A stretch of 54,929 nt of DNA, filler included, from Catajapyx aquilonaris (GCA_000934665.2; 4 parts of 4 records of this genome joined end to end with filler, not necessarily neighbours in it), one strand, 5' to 3'; shown: positions 11,602 through 23,784, counted from the first letter of the whole stretch. Numbers and translations are program-made. Notes: a model not told the origin generated them from the sequence alone.

Positions 11602-12032
11602 ATGCAGGCAATTCTGCATTCTAAAGTTAGCCTTCCACTAAACGCTAAGAAGAGACTATTATATTAGAAATGGAGGACAAACGTAACTCACTGCACAACT
11701 TACTCCGCCTTGAAACGAATCCTTGGACGATTTTTTCGTGCTCTGCAGAATATGAAATGGTCAACAACTAAAGGAGGGGTAACTTAGGTGACCTGCCTTG
11801 AAAAATCAATAGGGGAAATATATTATTGTTACTTCAACAAAGAAGACGACCCTCTGTCATTGTTGTTTCCTTTTTTTTGTTTCCCGATACTTTTTCGACA
11901 GGGATCTTGACGAAGATATAGGAACTTCAAAAAACCAACAGTGCACAGTCACACAATCATAAGACGTAAAAATCTATACAAACATAAAAATTTGTCAAAG
12001 GGCGTGAATGAAGCTATATATGGATCATTCTA

Positions 12033-12146
12033 TCCTCCTGAGACCCCTAGTACACCTTTCAATCACCTTTTTTTACGCGTTTGAGTTAGTCAGAAGGTGC
12101 TGGAAAAAACAAAGGTACAGTGTACTGTACCAGGGGTCTCAGGAGG
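12033..12146. mobile_element. Small MITE with CCTCCTGAGACCCCT terminal inverted repeats (piggyBac-like, degenerate TTAA)
   Basis: CCTCCTGAGACCCCTAGTACA ... TGTACCAGGGGTCTCAGGAGG. Confidence 0.6.
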
Positions 12147-13667
12147 CTATATTTACTCGCACTTTTCCACTTTTTCCTGAGTAATTTTTTTTCGTTGCAT
12201 TTCTGTCACAGTTATTGAACATTATGTGGATGTGTAAGGTTTGAAGTGAAGCAAATAGATGAAAGCTGAGCTAAATGTTAGTTATGCAGACTAGCAAACC
12301 TTTTAGAACACGTGCAGGTGTATCAATCTGTTATAGCCTGCCTCTTTTACCGGACATACGTAAACCTGCACTTCTCTGGTTTATAAGATCAAGTAGTCAG
12401 GCAATACCTTTTACCATATTGGACTGAGTGGATGTCCCTTGGGATGTCCATAGTCAAATTAATGTTGTATACATACCTTAATATAGTTAATGAGAATGAA
12501 TAAAATAATGAACTGTGTAACCTCCGTTAGCAGACTGTATATATTTTATACTTAAAACGTTAAAGGTTTTCCAAGGAATAAGAAAAAATAACATTATACA
12601 AAAAACAACTTCTGAGCGTTGTCGGGCCACATATTGAGTGCAGCCTTCAATTGATATAATTGGTCATTACTAATAATTAAGATTTGCAGAAATTAATTAT
12701 GTAATTTCCTTTCCATAACAAAGGTTATAATTATGAGGTAACAGAGGTTGCAGACATCTATTTAATGCAGTGATTCTTTCGCATATTACCAATGACGTTG
12801 ATACTTAAGTACAACAAAAGGTATTCTTAGTTAAATGGCTTCACAGCCACATATTAAACCACTGGTTTCCGACCTTTTTTCTATTCTTCCTCCCAGCCAG
12901 TTGCCCAGCGAAGCTGGGCAACTGGCTGGGAGGCAACTCCACCTGCCGGTTGCGCCGCGAAGCGGCGCCCGCCAAAAAACGAATAGTAGGTTATCGCCCT
13001 CATCCCAATGCGTTTTTCCCGACTTCATAACTCGCGATCGGGTTAATCGATTTCAAATCGGAAACAAGATTTACACTCCGCTCACTCCAGTTTCAAACTT
13101 TAGCTGGATAAACAACAACTAGGGCCATTACCGGGGTCATTATCCGGGGTCAAAGTTCAAAAAAGTGTCGTTAGTCGCACCAGGGTACAGCCTAAACGGT
13201 GCATCGTAGAGGGTCATACAAGGCTTCATTAGAACCGCAATGTTCCCAGGGGGTGCCCTCCTGCATACCTTTTTTTGAGAATAACCTTTACTTTTTGAGC
13301 TACAAGGCGATTTCGAAAGTGTCAGTTTTGTGGCTTTCGCTCCATTTCTGTACCGAGACCGGATATACTTGGGAGGGGAGGTCCCAGTCTGGAGCTCACT
13401 TCCCCCCACAGGAGGTTGAAGGGGGGAAACATTTTGGGACGAAAGGGGGGGCATCAGCAGGTTTTCACTTTATTCTGATGATGAAAAGAATTAAATAAAA
13501 ATAGGCAGTAAAACTGCAGAAAACTATTCTTCCTCTGGGTGAGATTAAAAGTAAGAAACAAGTCCATGGGTGGGGGTTGGTTCGTGTCATAGGGATGTGT
13601 GATAATTAAATTTAATTCAAAACATTCGTGCTTTGGGGCTGGGAAGAATTAGGCAGATATCGCTTTT

Positions 13668-13767
13668 NNNNNNNNNNNNNNNNNNNNNNNNNNNNNNNNN
13701 NNNNNNNNNNNTTAATTAATTAANNNNNNNNNNNNNNNNNNNNNNNNNNNNNNNNNNNNNNNNNNNN
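13668..13767. other. Artificial contig spacer
   Basis: 44 N + TTAATTAATTAA (stops in all six frames) + 44 N. Confidence 0.98.
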
Positions 13768-14072
13768 CCGCCGGACAGGGTTGCCAGGTAACGCACTACA
13801 ACATAAGCAGCTTAGGCCGAATTTGTCAATAGCTGTTCGGACAAAAAAGTTGGACCACCCTGTATTTCAAGACCCTGTTACTGTGGATTTTGATTAAATG
13901 AGCATACTAATATTAACTGAACTTATGCTTGCCCTTGGAGCCTACCAGAATGGTGGCAGCCAACCCTTGCATACAACTATGTAAAATTGTGTTTGTAATG
14001 TGCGTGATACTTGTACCCCAGCAATTTAAATGGCAAGTAGATATTAACATTGTAAATTGTTGTCACATTTAG

Positions 14073-14269
14073 AACGCCAATTAGACAAAGCAAGACTCTA
14101 CAACTTCGGACATGTGAAGAAGGGAAGAAAGTGGCTCAGAAGCATACTGTTAAGTGATACTTCGTCAGAAAGTGAAGAGGAGGATGTTACTGAGGAAGAG
14201 TTGCGAGAAATGATGACCATGCACTTGCTAAGAAAGAAGTATCAGAAATTGTATTATACTAATCCTGAG
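14073..14269 (+). CDS. INO80: INO80 chromatin-remodelling ATPase, internal exon (N-terminal region)
   Basis: TTTAG|..RQLDKARLYNFGHVKKGRKWLRSILLSDTSSESEEE..LREMMTMHLLRKKYQKLYYTNPE|GTAAGT matches the metazoan INO80 motif LYNFxxxKKxRKWLKSILLSDxSS. Confidence 0.88.
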
Positions 14270-14598
14270 GTAAGTATCTTTGTGCTGCATGTGTTTACTC
14301 ACTGTCCTATAATTATCCTGCAATCTGGATTACTGCAAAATTAAGGATTTATTAATAGTTTTTGGGACATTGGATTGCTATAACAGTTATGCCCAAGTCC
14401 CATGGGTGTTAGGCTTCTGCAACTCATAGCTCGACAGTTGCAAGAGAGTCTGCCAAACATGCCAGATTGTCATGTAAGGCATGTAATGTTTTAGTACAAC
14501 TTAATACCACTGGGAAGTGATTCCCAGAGATTTGAAGGGGAACCTACTTGGAAGCAATTTTCAGAGCCAATGTTACAGTGGTTTAATTTAACTTACAG

Positions 14599-14754
14599 AA
14601 CTATCAGTATATGTACTACAGCGTGGGATTGTTGTCTCAACATGACAAATTTCCTGAGCATCAGAAGTCAGTTGTTGGATGTAAGAGGAAGAAGATTGAT
14701 AAAAAACTCAAGAAGAGGAAAAAGGGTTTGTCTAGAGACAAGTTTTCCAATGGG
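14599..14754 (+). CDS. INO80: INO80 internal exon
   Basis: TTACAG|NYQYMYYSVGLLSQHDKFPEHQKSVVGCKRKKIDKKLKKRKKGLSRDKFSNG|GTGAGT. It is in phase 0 with the previous exon and matches INO80 QYQYYSAGLLS. It is not in the ORF track. Confidence 0.88.
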
Positions 14755-14865
14755 GTGAGTTTTTAGTTGATATATAATTTTTTTTGCATTATCTTCCTGG
14801 AGTTGGAACTTTTGAACAATACCCACTCATCTTACACATGATCTAGGAATAACACACAGTAGCAT

Positions 14866-15929
14866 TACGAAGGCTAGTCGGAAAATAAGTTTCACGATGC
14901 TACAGTTTCAACGCCATGCGATACACAGGGTAAAGACGATCATAGGCAGGTACTTTCATCCTTTCTCCTTTTGCAACTTGTGCGCATGTGCGGCAGCAGT
15001 CGGACAAGACTGAGTGGCAAGCCGAACGTGCCCAAGCACATTCCCCTAGGAAATGTCATGCCAGAGAAGCCAGACAGAGAGTGTTGGTCACATGGACTAA
15101 GGCAAAAGTTAGGACACTTGAGGACACTCGGTAATTGCCGTGGCCGATAATTCTCTGGTTGTCCTTCATGCTTGTGAACTTATTCCAAAATTGCTGGCAC
15201 TATTTAGCCGCATCATTTGCTCAGACATGACCTCTCCGGACCATACATTTCGACGAATGTCGTATGTCGCATGTCAAATGTCAACCAGTAGCAGCAAACA
15301 TCTTCCCCTCACTTAACTGCCCTAGTCCATGAGACCAACAATCTGTGTCTGGCAGGACTTTTCCTGGCAGAATGTGGGTGGGCACGCTCAAATCGCCACT
15401 CTGTCTCGTCCAACGGTTGCCACTCCTGCACATACGCTGCAAGACCCGTCCTATACAGGGTGTGTCTGACTAGCAGGTCAACCAGAAGTCAGCGTATTCC
15501 TTGGGCCAAAACAAATCGAAAGTGTAGGGATGAGAAATGTCAAGAGACGAACCTTTAACAAGGTAGATGACCAGAAACATTTGCCAGTGGTTGCCGAAGG
15601 AGCAGGATATGAGCGTCAAAATAGTGACTTTGTGATTTGCAAGGTCACCTCTTTCACAGTAGTGATTATCACAACTCCTTCGACAACCACCGGCCCAAAT
15701 TTCTGGTCATCTACTTCATTAACGGTTGCTCCCTCGACATTTCTCACCCCTATACTCTACTTGTTTTGTCCCTAGGAATACTCTGCCGGCGGGATGACCT
15801 ATTAGTAAGAAACACCAGGTATAGTACCGGAAGGATCGACGTACCTGCTTGTGATAGTTTCTTACCCTGTCCGTTGTATGGTGTCGAAACTGTAGCATAG
15901 CAAAACTTATTTTCCGACTAGCCCTTGTA
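14866..15929. mobile_element. Non-autonomous mariner-type element with extended terminal inverted repeats and an internal inverted repeat
   Basis: TA|CGAAGGCTAGTCGGAAAATAAGTTT ... AAACTTATTTTCCGACTAGCCCTTG|TA; terminal complementarity extends about 100 bp. Internal inverted pair at about 14975-15105 and 15318-15442. Confidence 0.8.
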
Positions 15930-16075
15930 TTTTGTTATTATGCATAAGGTCAGCACACATGTATAGTGGTTAGGTCATCACTAGAGTCCGGATTTTTAGG
16001 CACGAAAAAACCCTGAAACAGGCGAAAAACCCTCAAATAGGCACACAAATTTTAATTTACGGACATATGGAGGAT

Positions 16076-16442
16076 CAGCCCCCAGTCACTCTCCCTCATT
16101 TCTCGTGAGCTTAGTTGATTTCCCCCACCGAGGGGGGTTGGCCATGGGCTGCCAAGTGCCAGTACAGGTGGCTCCTTACCTAGCGGGGCAATTCCATTAG
16201 GGTCGACTCCGATTGGCTGGAGTCTGAAAGGCCTCCTTGGACCACAACATGGTTCTCCACAGGAGGCCTTTCAGACTCCAGCCAATCGGAGTCGACCTTA
16301 ATGGAATTGCCCCGCTAGGTAAGGCGCCACCTGTACTGGCACTTGACTCTCGAGCCGACCATGGCCAACCCCCCTCGGTGGGGGAGATCAGCTAAGCTCA
16401 CGGGGGTAGCAATGTACTGGTATAGGGAGTGACTCGGGGCTG
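16076..16442. mobile_element. Palindromic hAT-like MITE (367 bp) with 8-bp target-site duplication, nested
   Basis: CAGCCCC..GGGGCTG termini; TSD TGGAGGAT at 16068-16075 and 16443-16450; near-perfect hairpin centred near 16248. Confidence 0.9.
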
Positions 16443-16599
16443 TGGAGGATAATGTTAAAGAAAATAAAAAAGCTACACAAATTTTATGGGCCTAAAGTAT
16501 AAAATAAGGTCACAAACCAGAGCAATAACTGAATAACAACGATCAACTGCCAGGAAATCACAAAACTTTGGCAAAAGACAAAGTGCAAGCAAGTAGGCC

Positions 16600-16760
16600 T
16601 ATCACTTGTTCTGGACTCTACCGTTACAGCCCATTTCCACTTGCACAGTATGTTACCAAATATTTTTATAGACTTTCCTCTGATTGGAACCGCCTTCCGG
16701 CCCATATGCGTCACAGCAACATAATTTGTATTACTTCTGAACGATTTTGGTTCTTTCAGG
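16600..16760 (+). mobile_element. Possible 3' remnant of a non-LTR retrotransposon ORF2
   Basis: The translation KYFYRLSSDWNRLPAHMR resembles the terminal F..R...WNxLP motif of CR1/L2-type LINEs. Confidence 0.35.
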
Positions 16761-16929
16761 AGCACAAAAAATACTCAGCAAAAAAATCAAACATGCCTCT
16801 GATAGGTCCAGAATAGGCCCAAAAAGTTTCGGAATTGCTTCAAAAAGCTCAAAAACTATCCCAAAAAAGGCCAAATAGGCATGAAAAGTCACAAAAAGCC
16901 TGAATAGGCAAAATAGTACCCAAAACCAA

Positions 16930-17090
16930 GGGAGGCGGAGTGGTGCTGCGGTACAGATGTTAAGGGTCCCGGGTTCGATCCCAGCCAAGGGTTCCCCCCT
17001 TCATCTTGTGCAGAGTTGGGCCATCTCTGCCGTCGTCTCTGGTGGAAATTTCCGCTAGACTAATCCACCCGGGGGAGTTCACAAAATGAC
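16930..17090 (+). mobile_element. tRNA-derived SINE head (degenerate)
   Basis: GGGAGGCGGAGTGGTGCTGCGGT (A-box-like) ... GGTCCCGGGTTCGATCCC (B box); no complete cloverleaf. Confidence 0.55.
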
Positions 17091-17227
17091 CAATATGAGA
17101 CATTGCACTTGCACTGTGCACATCCCCTTCTACTTACCCTTGGAACAACTAACATATACATTATATGGTTCCAAACAAATGGTGGTATTCCACTCCCCTA
17201 AAAAGGGCCCAGGGTCCGAGAACGGGG

Positions 17228-17393
17228 TACAGTGCTGGCCATATATCGAGGCAACGACTAGCGACATTTTCCCGAAGCGGCAGAAGAAGGAATCGAAGAT
17301 AAGCATGCTACAAGCCGGGCGAGCAAGATTCCTTCTTCTGCCGCCTCGGAAAAATGTCGCTAGTCGTTTCCTCGATATATGGCCATCACTGTA
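17228..17393. mobile_element. Palindromic Tc1/mariner-type MITE, same family as 8199-8365
   Basis: TA|CAGTGCTGGCCATATATCGAGGCAACGACTAGCGACATTTT..TATATGGCCATCACTG|TA. Confidence 0.88.
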
Positions 17394-17484
17394 CAATTAA
17401 ATTTTTAAAAAACATTTAAAAAAATATACATTATAAAAAGTACCCAAAACCACATAATTTAGGCAATTTTAGGGGATACAGTTG

Positions 17485-17705
17485 ACCTTACTGGCGTGCG
17501 GGGGCAGCTGGCTGTGTCGCAAAGGCAAGGATAAAGGATAGGTCTGTATGGCTGAAGATGTCTGTATCTGCAAGGACGGAAGGTTAGGGTGGGTAGAGCA
17601 TACCCCTTCCAAAATCTAATCAATCTTTGCATCCTTGCCTTTGCGACACAGCCAAGCTGCCCCCAGCCACTACTCACCCTGTCGCCTCCCGCACGCCAGT
17701 AGGGG
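17485..17705. mobile_element. Palindromic MITE (CCTTACTGGCGTGCGGG / CCCGCACGCCAGTAGGG)
   Basis: Terminal inverted repeats plus the inner inverted pair GGCTGTGTCGCAAAGGCAAGGAT / ATCCTTGCCTTTGCGACACAGCC. Confidence 0.7.
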
Positions 17706-17997
17706 TTACTCTTTCCATTTTAGGCACTAGAAAGCCTACATTTTCCACATATTGCACTTATGAAACGGATAGATCTCTTCACAATATCATCCCAACTGTA
17801 AAGGAACTAAATAGGCATTTTACCTAAAAATCCGGACTTTAGTCATCACTCATTCATCTATCAAATGAATGTTTGTTTCCCAGGCTGGATGGATGAGAGT
17901 GGAGTTTTTAATGAGTTACTGCATATCTATGCCTACATGGGTTTTAACAGTTATTTCTTGTTTTTTCCTATGCTTAAAATACTAGGAAGTGATTACA

Positions 17998-19380
17998 TAC
18001 GAGGAACTAGGGCATGCTGATAATTTTTGCCTCCATGTGTATAGAATGTGTAATACATATCACAAGACAATGTGGGTAACATCAAATGAAAACCTGGTAT
18101 ATCCTCTTCAAAACCATATATTTACTTTTCTACATAATCACCACCTGCAGCAATACACTTTATATACTATACTATACTAGTTGCTGCTTCCTGTGGGTGT
18201 AGAACTCAGGGTTTTGGGAGCAGCACCAAGCATGAACAACAGCCTCAACTTCTGCATTGGAGCAGTACTGATTGCCCTTCATGTGTGTCCTCATTTTTGG
18301 GAAAAGAAAGACTTGGCAGTGTGCAAGATCTGGGCTGCACGCAGGATGAGGAAGTATGTGGAGTTTGAGTCTCTGGAGGGCATCTGCAGTATGTAGTATG
18401 CGTGTGTAGTATGCGTGTGTAGTGGAGAATTACTGTGGTGAAGAATGACATCCTTTTCTGGCGCACCCTGTTCACTCATTCTCGAAACCTCTGCAGAGTG
18501 TCCTCATGGACCTCAGAATTTTCGAATTTGTGTCTGGTCAGGGACTCAACATGCACGGCACCTTCTCCAGAGACTCAAATTCCCCCGTACTTCCTCCTCT
18601 GACCTACAGCCCAGATCTTGCACCCTGCGACTTCTTTCTTTTACCAAAAATGAAGACATACCTGAAAAGCAATTGGTACAGCTCCAATGCAGGAGTTGAG
18701 CTGCTGTTCGTGCTTGGTGCTGCTCCCAGAGCCCGGAGTTCTACGCCGACAGGAGGAAAGAACTGGTACTTAGATCATTGGTGCGAGTGAATTGCTGTAG
18801 GTGGTGATTGTATAGAAATGTAATTATACGTGTTTTTTTGTTGTAATACCCGTGATAGGGCCAGGAGCTCTTAAGGGGGGTGGAATACCTTTCTCTCTCT
18901 CTCTCTCTCTCTTCCCCCCCACCTCCCTGTCCCCCCCTCTCTCCCTCTCTCTCTCTCCCCCCCCCNCAGTGGATTTTTCTGATTTAAAAAATTCAATCAC
19001 CGGTGCAGGGAAGAAAGGACATGAGGTAGGGATGGCGATTTCTGGGGAGGAGACAAGAGTGCAGGTGTAATGTCATTATACTGGCGTCATGTGAAGTCTC
19101 CTTGACACCTAGCCAGACATAGCATGGTTTGGGAGGAAAAGTTGTCAGATGCCTCCAAGGTGTGGGTGAGAGACCCTCCTGACACAGGCAAAAGGGAATT
19201 CCCGGGCGGGGATCGAACCCGGGACCTTCTGCTCAGCAAGCCGAGTTGTTACCGACTCAGCCACCACGTCTCCCCTTGAAGAGGACATTACAGGCTTTCG
19301 TTTGCTGCTGCCTGCAATATCCTGTTATATGTATTACACATTCTACGTACGTGGAGGCAAATCATCAGCATATCCTCGTA
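17998..19380. mobile_element. Foldback mariner derivative made of two transposase 3' ends, interrupted by a SINE
   Basis: TACGAGG..CCTCGTA termini. The + strand gives YSPDLAPCDFFLLPKMKTYL (mariner YSPDLAPxD motif) and a decayed C-terminal VGGDxIE*; the left arm is the reverse complement of the same region. The right arm resumes at 19276. Confidence 0.82.
18841..19275 (-). mobile_element. tRNA-derived SINE (head 19275-19196)
   Basis: The minus strand reads GGGGAGACGTGGTGGCTGAGTCGGT (A box) ... GGTCCCGGGTTCGATCCCCG (B box). Its boundaries are defined by the interruption of the mariner right arm. Confidence 0.75.
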
Positions 19381-20701
19381 GATGTGGCAATGCGATATAA
19401 TTTAAGCAGCGGACATTAACCCCTTGGCCCCACCTTCTGGAATTTTCACATGCATGAAACTAGAAATAATATCTTTGTGAGAACGGAGCTAATATTGAAA
19501 AATAACTGGGGAGGTTGCTTTTTAGCCTCGACGTAGCGGGCCAATGTGCAAGGATGAATCACTTGAAAACTGACTAGACAAAAAGATGATAATATCGTCA
19601 TGAATAAGTCTAGGAACACGGCTGCAAAAAATCTGGACATGTCTCATTGCCCATCAACCAAAGGGTTTCTTCTAGATTTTTTTTTCTTGGACTCCACAAA
19701 TATTTGGTGGAAGTCATTCCTAGTAATGTATGTAAGATGGAAGAGTGAAACTCAGTTCTCTCCTGCCTGTTCTGGTATCGCAAAAATCTCCATATTAAAT
19801 TCTCAATATTCTGATTCTTCCCATTTGAAATTGCCACAAGCGAAGCTAGGAACATGATATGATTTAGTTTTAATCTTTATAGCAATCCCCAACTGTTGCA
19901 CTTTAGCATGATCATTTTTTACACTTAAAATTGATGATATAGCTATCCTTTCATGTAAAAAAAACAAAAAACAAAAAATCAAAATTGCAATGATTTGTTT
20001 GGCTAAATTTGAACAATGGATTCATTATATGGGTGCAGTGCAGTAGGTGGCAGGACAATGGATGCTGTGCCCCCATGATCTCACACTCCCATTGGCTGCT
20101 GGTCATCGCAGATCTCTACCTAATTAGCTAGGATGGGTAATTGCACTTAATTTTGGGAGTGCAGCCAAGGAAGCGTCATTGTTTTGCTCACTCGTATGAC
20201 TGAGATAGGTCTGGCTTGGACCACTGTTAACTCCTCACAGGTAGGACCTGTCAGAATATGAAATGTCTTTGTCCGATTTGCAGTCAGACCCCTTACAGAA
20301 AATTCTGCGCAGAGAGATGCTCCCTGGCAATATCATTTTTTTGCCTTGATGGCAGCAGAAAGATTGCCAAGTGTGTGGTGGTACTTCCGGAATTCAGAGA
20401 AGACCAAAAAAAAAAAAAGTCTCTGATTTGATATTTTAAGGTCAGACCCACAGATGGTTCAAAAACTGTTTGCTAGCTCTTGTTTAGTGCTGATAGTGCC
20501 CCTTCACCATAATCCATTGTGGAGGAAAATGAGTTGCTCCTAATTGTACAACATTCTATCAATTACTTAGTTCATGATATCATTCCATTGCAGGAATTGG
20601 CCAAACTAGAGTAGAAACCATCATGGTTTATTGCTCCTATTGGCATAGAAAGAGAATATTACCTGGGGGTTCTTTTCACAAGAACATTTTTGTCAATGCA
20701 G

Positions 20702-21148
20702 TGCAAGGAGGAGAGCAGAGAGGACTTCAGCCTAGGAAGTGAATGGGGTGGAAGTGACCTCTCCATTCGCTCCATTGGACTGTTTCCTCGTAGCCGACGT
20801 AAGGCAGGTCAACAGTACAAGAACCCAGAGGTATTGGCACTACGACGACGGAAGTTTTGGATGCTGATGAGCAAGAAGGAGGTGGGGAAAGTGCAGAGGG
20901 CTAAAGTGACCAATCACAAGGAACAACTGTCCACCTGCAAGCGCATGGCCACTGCTTGTATGCGCTATGCACGTCAGAAAGCTCTTCAATCACAGAAGAA
21001 TGTGAAGGAGACTGTATGGCGGGCAAAGAGACTCACAAGAGAGATGCAAGCATATTGGAAGCATTATGACAGAGTTGAGAGAGAGACCAGAAAGAGGATT
21101 GAGAAGGAAGAAGAGGAGCAGAGGAAGATAGATCTTGAGATGATGGAG
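20702..21148 (+). CDS. INO80: INO80 internal exon, HSA/DBINO region
   Basis: TGCAG|CKEESRE..RRRKFWMLMSKKEVGKVQRAK..KETVWRAKRLTREMQAYWKHYDRVERETRKRIEKEEEEQRKIDLEMME|GT. The following (AKRQQRKLNFL) exon was not found before the contig end. Confidence 0.93.
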
Positions 21149-22427
21149 GTGATTAGTAATATCATTTTAACCAAGTACTATTTCTGCATGGAAAATTACA
21201 CCACAGTTACATTGACGTTGTCGAATGTTTCATATTTTATACATTTTATTGAAATATTGAAGGGAAATATTTCCAAAATGGCAAAAGTAGAGAGCATGCT
21301 ATTGTCATTTGTACAGTCTAACTACTACATAACAAACATTACTCGAGGGGAGATTTTTGTTTGATTGGGAAGGAGCCAAAGCAATTAAGGTTCTGTGGCT
21401 TACATATGAAAGGTTTATATGTAACAAAAAAGGTTTGCTTCTGTCAGAAGTGCCACAAGAACACATCTTAAAAGTACTTCCCAGTAGCAAAAAATATTTA
21501 CTGGTATATATTTTTATGCCTTTTACTACAATAGCAATTAGATGTGGTTTCCTAGGTTTACCTGCAAAGGTCAGGAAAGAGAAATATGAGGTGACTGGTG
21601 GCAGCTAGAGATGGAATTTCACACATTTGAGTGCCAACAAGGCTAAGAGCGCTATCACACTGGATGACAAATGTGACACTATGATATTTTGAGACCACAG
21701 AAATAAATAGGAGCTGCCACGCTGAAGCAGTTCAACGCCATGGCTTAGTGTCACAACTGGTTTTAATTCCTGCTGAGCTAACCTTTTAAGAACCACGCAC
21801 TTTATTAAGGTCACTCCCAAGAGATTAAGGGCGAGCAGAATTTTTTGAATGATTTTTCCATGACAAAGTTTTATTTGCAATACAGATACAAAAGAACAAA
21901 AGCCTTTTCACAGAAGAGAATCTGATTCGTTTGGGTTTCATCATTTAGAGGTTACATTGTAGCTCAATATTAATAGTTTTGAACTTAATTTGTGAGCAGG
22001 TCAAGTTACTTTTGGAATTATTTTGATAGTTGACTAATTCACTTATATTTTGACAGTCATCAGTCATGTATATTAACTTGTTCCTAAAGTAAAGGGCAGT
22101 TGGTCATAAAAATTAGTTACAGAATTTTACCTGAAAAACTAGGCAGCTGGATGATGGCACATTACCCAGTGAAGAGACGAGGCACTGCCAGTATAACACA
22201 ATTTATATCGAAGCATTTTTCGAATTGTGGTGACAAATTTTGTAAGCCTTTTGTCAGGAACTCTCACTAGCAGACTCATTCTTATGTTTCTTGGTTACCT
22301 CCTAGCTGCTCTTATGCCAGAAATTTTCTGGGAGTTGCAAAGCAAGGGAAAGTCACTTTACGCAATATCAGGACTTTGGTATGCTCAAAAGTGCATCACT
22401 TTAAGTGTTAGAAACATTAAGTATCAA

Positions 22428-22938
22428 GGCCCGTTTCCAAAGAAGCTTCAGCTTGAAAAAATGCGCTCTGGCGCTCGCTCTAGCTGGGGCTTTACAGCTT
22501 GCGCCCTCATACCAAAGAAGCTTCGGCTTCCCAGCTGCTTGTGAAATCCAAGATGGCGATCACTACGCAGCGGAGGAGATTGCTCCTTCGGCTGAAGCTT
22601 ACTCATTTGCTGTTGCGAATTAATAACGCAAGGATCCGCGACATCGTCCCAGCTCCGGCCATCTTTTTTCTTCTCTCCACTGCCCGATCTCTCCATCTCC
22701 CCTCCTCCCGCCACCTTCCCCCTGTCACCGTCCCACGTGACCACAGGGACCCGCGCGGATTGGTCAGAAGGAAGCTTCAGCTCCATCGCTAGCTTGGAAT
22801 ATCGAGGGGAGTTCGATGTTCAAAGCAAGCTGAATTCGAGAGCTAAAATATCGACCCAGCGCTAGACGCGTTGCGGCTGGAGCTAGAGCGAGCGCCAGAG
22901 CGCAATTTTTCAAGCTGAAGCATCTTTGGAAACGGGCC
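22428..22938. mobile_element. PIF/Harbinger-like MITE
   Basis: TIR GGCCCGTTTCCAAAGA.GCTTCAGCTTGAAAAA.TGCGCTCTGGCGCTCGCTCTAGCT (about 57 bp) at both ends; the TSD is not a clean TAA/TTA. Confidence 0.75.
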
Positions 22939-23213
22939 TTTACCATATGTAATGACGGATATGTGCACTTGTTCTTGTGTGTTCTTCTCAAACAGTTGAA
23001 GGAGGACATCTTTGAGCATTCTCCTTGCAGTTCATGATGTAGTCCAGACCCTGCACTGAGTGACCTTCACATGTTTGCCACCTGCAGATAATTTTTGATG
23101 GGCAAGAGCATAAGGAGATATCAAGAGACAAGAGGCTTGGCTTGGCAACAAGACTGATCAACATATTTATATTTATCAACATTTTAGGGGTTCTTTATAC
23201 ATAGAAAATCTGG

Positions 23214-23366
23214 TACAGTGCAAGACATTAATGGTGTCGTACTGGTGGCGCCATGAGCCATTGGCAGTAAAAGAGTGAATCGGAAGTGATGAATTAAAAA
23301 CCAATACATCGCTTCAATTTGCTCTTTGCTGCCACCAGTACAACACCATTAATGTCCAGAACTGTA
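23214..23366. mobile_element. Small Tc1/mariner-type MITE
   Basis: TA|CAGTGCAAGACATTAATGGTGTCGTACTGGTGGC ... GCCACCAGTACAACACCATTAATGTCCAGAACTG|TA. Confidence 0.78.
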
Positions 23367-23700
23367 CCATGGTTGAAAAAAATTCTTCGACTGATGTAGT
23401 TTGTGTACAGTAATAGCTGAAAATCTGTGCCATTATGATGCTGTAGCGTTTTTTAAATAAATTTTTAAAATAGAAATATGGCCAAACAGCCCTTACTATG
23501 GGAACATACTCATATTTCCACCACTTTTCAGGCTGTGGAGAGCAAGATACAGATGTGCAGACACATCTTTTTCAACAAATCTGGGTGTGCTCTTGGCCAT
23601 CTGGGCATGGGGTCTTTTGCATTACATGGAGGAAGATCCAGGGGTACTGGTGGTACTTTATATCTGAGTTGATTGAAGTGCAATAGAAGGCTCACTTTAT

Positions 23701-23784
23701 AATTGAAGGGCTCGGGAGTAAACAATGGTAAGGGATATGTAACACCCATACCCTTACCATTACTTACTCCCGAGCCCTTCAATT
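23701..23784. repeat. 84-bp hairpin
   Basis: AATTGAAGGGCTCGGGAGTAA..AATGGTAAGGG / CCCTTACCATT..TTACTCCCGAGCCCTTCAATT. Confidence 0.85.

Larger units (their letters stand above)
15982..17841. mobile_element. Non-autonomous hAT-like element with 8-bp target-site duplication, carrying several nested insertions
   Basis: TIR TAGAGTCCGGATTTTTAGG / CCTAAAAATCCGGACTTTA; perfect TSD GTCATCAC at 15974-15981 and 17842-17849. Confidence 0.88.

Noticed and set aside
13712..13723. TTAATTAATTAA repeated three times at regular spacing of about 13.7 kb
   Set aside because: It is a synthetic six-frame-stop linker embedded in N runs, not a biological repeat.
19196..19275. Possible tRNA gene on the minus strand (also 16930-16990 on plus)
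   Set aside because: A and B boxes are present but there is no convincing acceptor stem or cloverleaf, and the sequence continues into a body that interrupts a mariner arm. It is better explained as a SINE.
21149..21364. C-terminal extension of the 224-aa ORF at 20690-21364
   Set aside because: INO80 similarity ends at EMME|GT (21148); the remainder is intron read-through.
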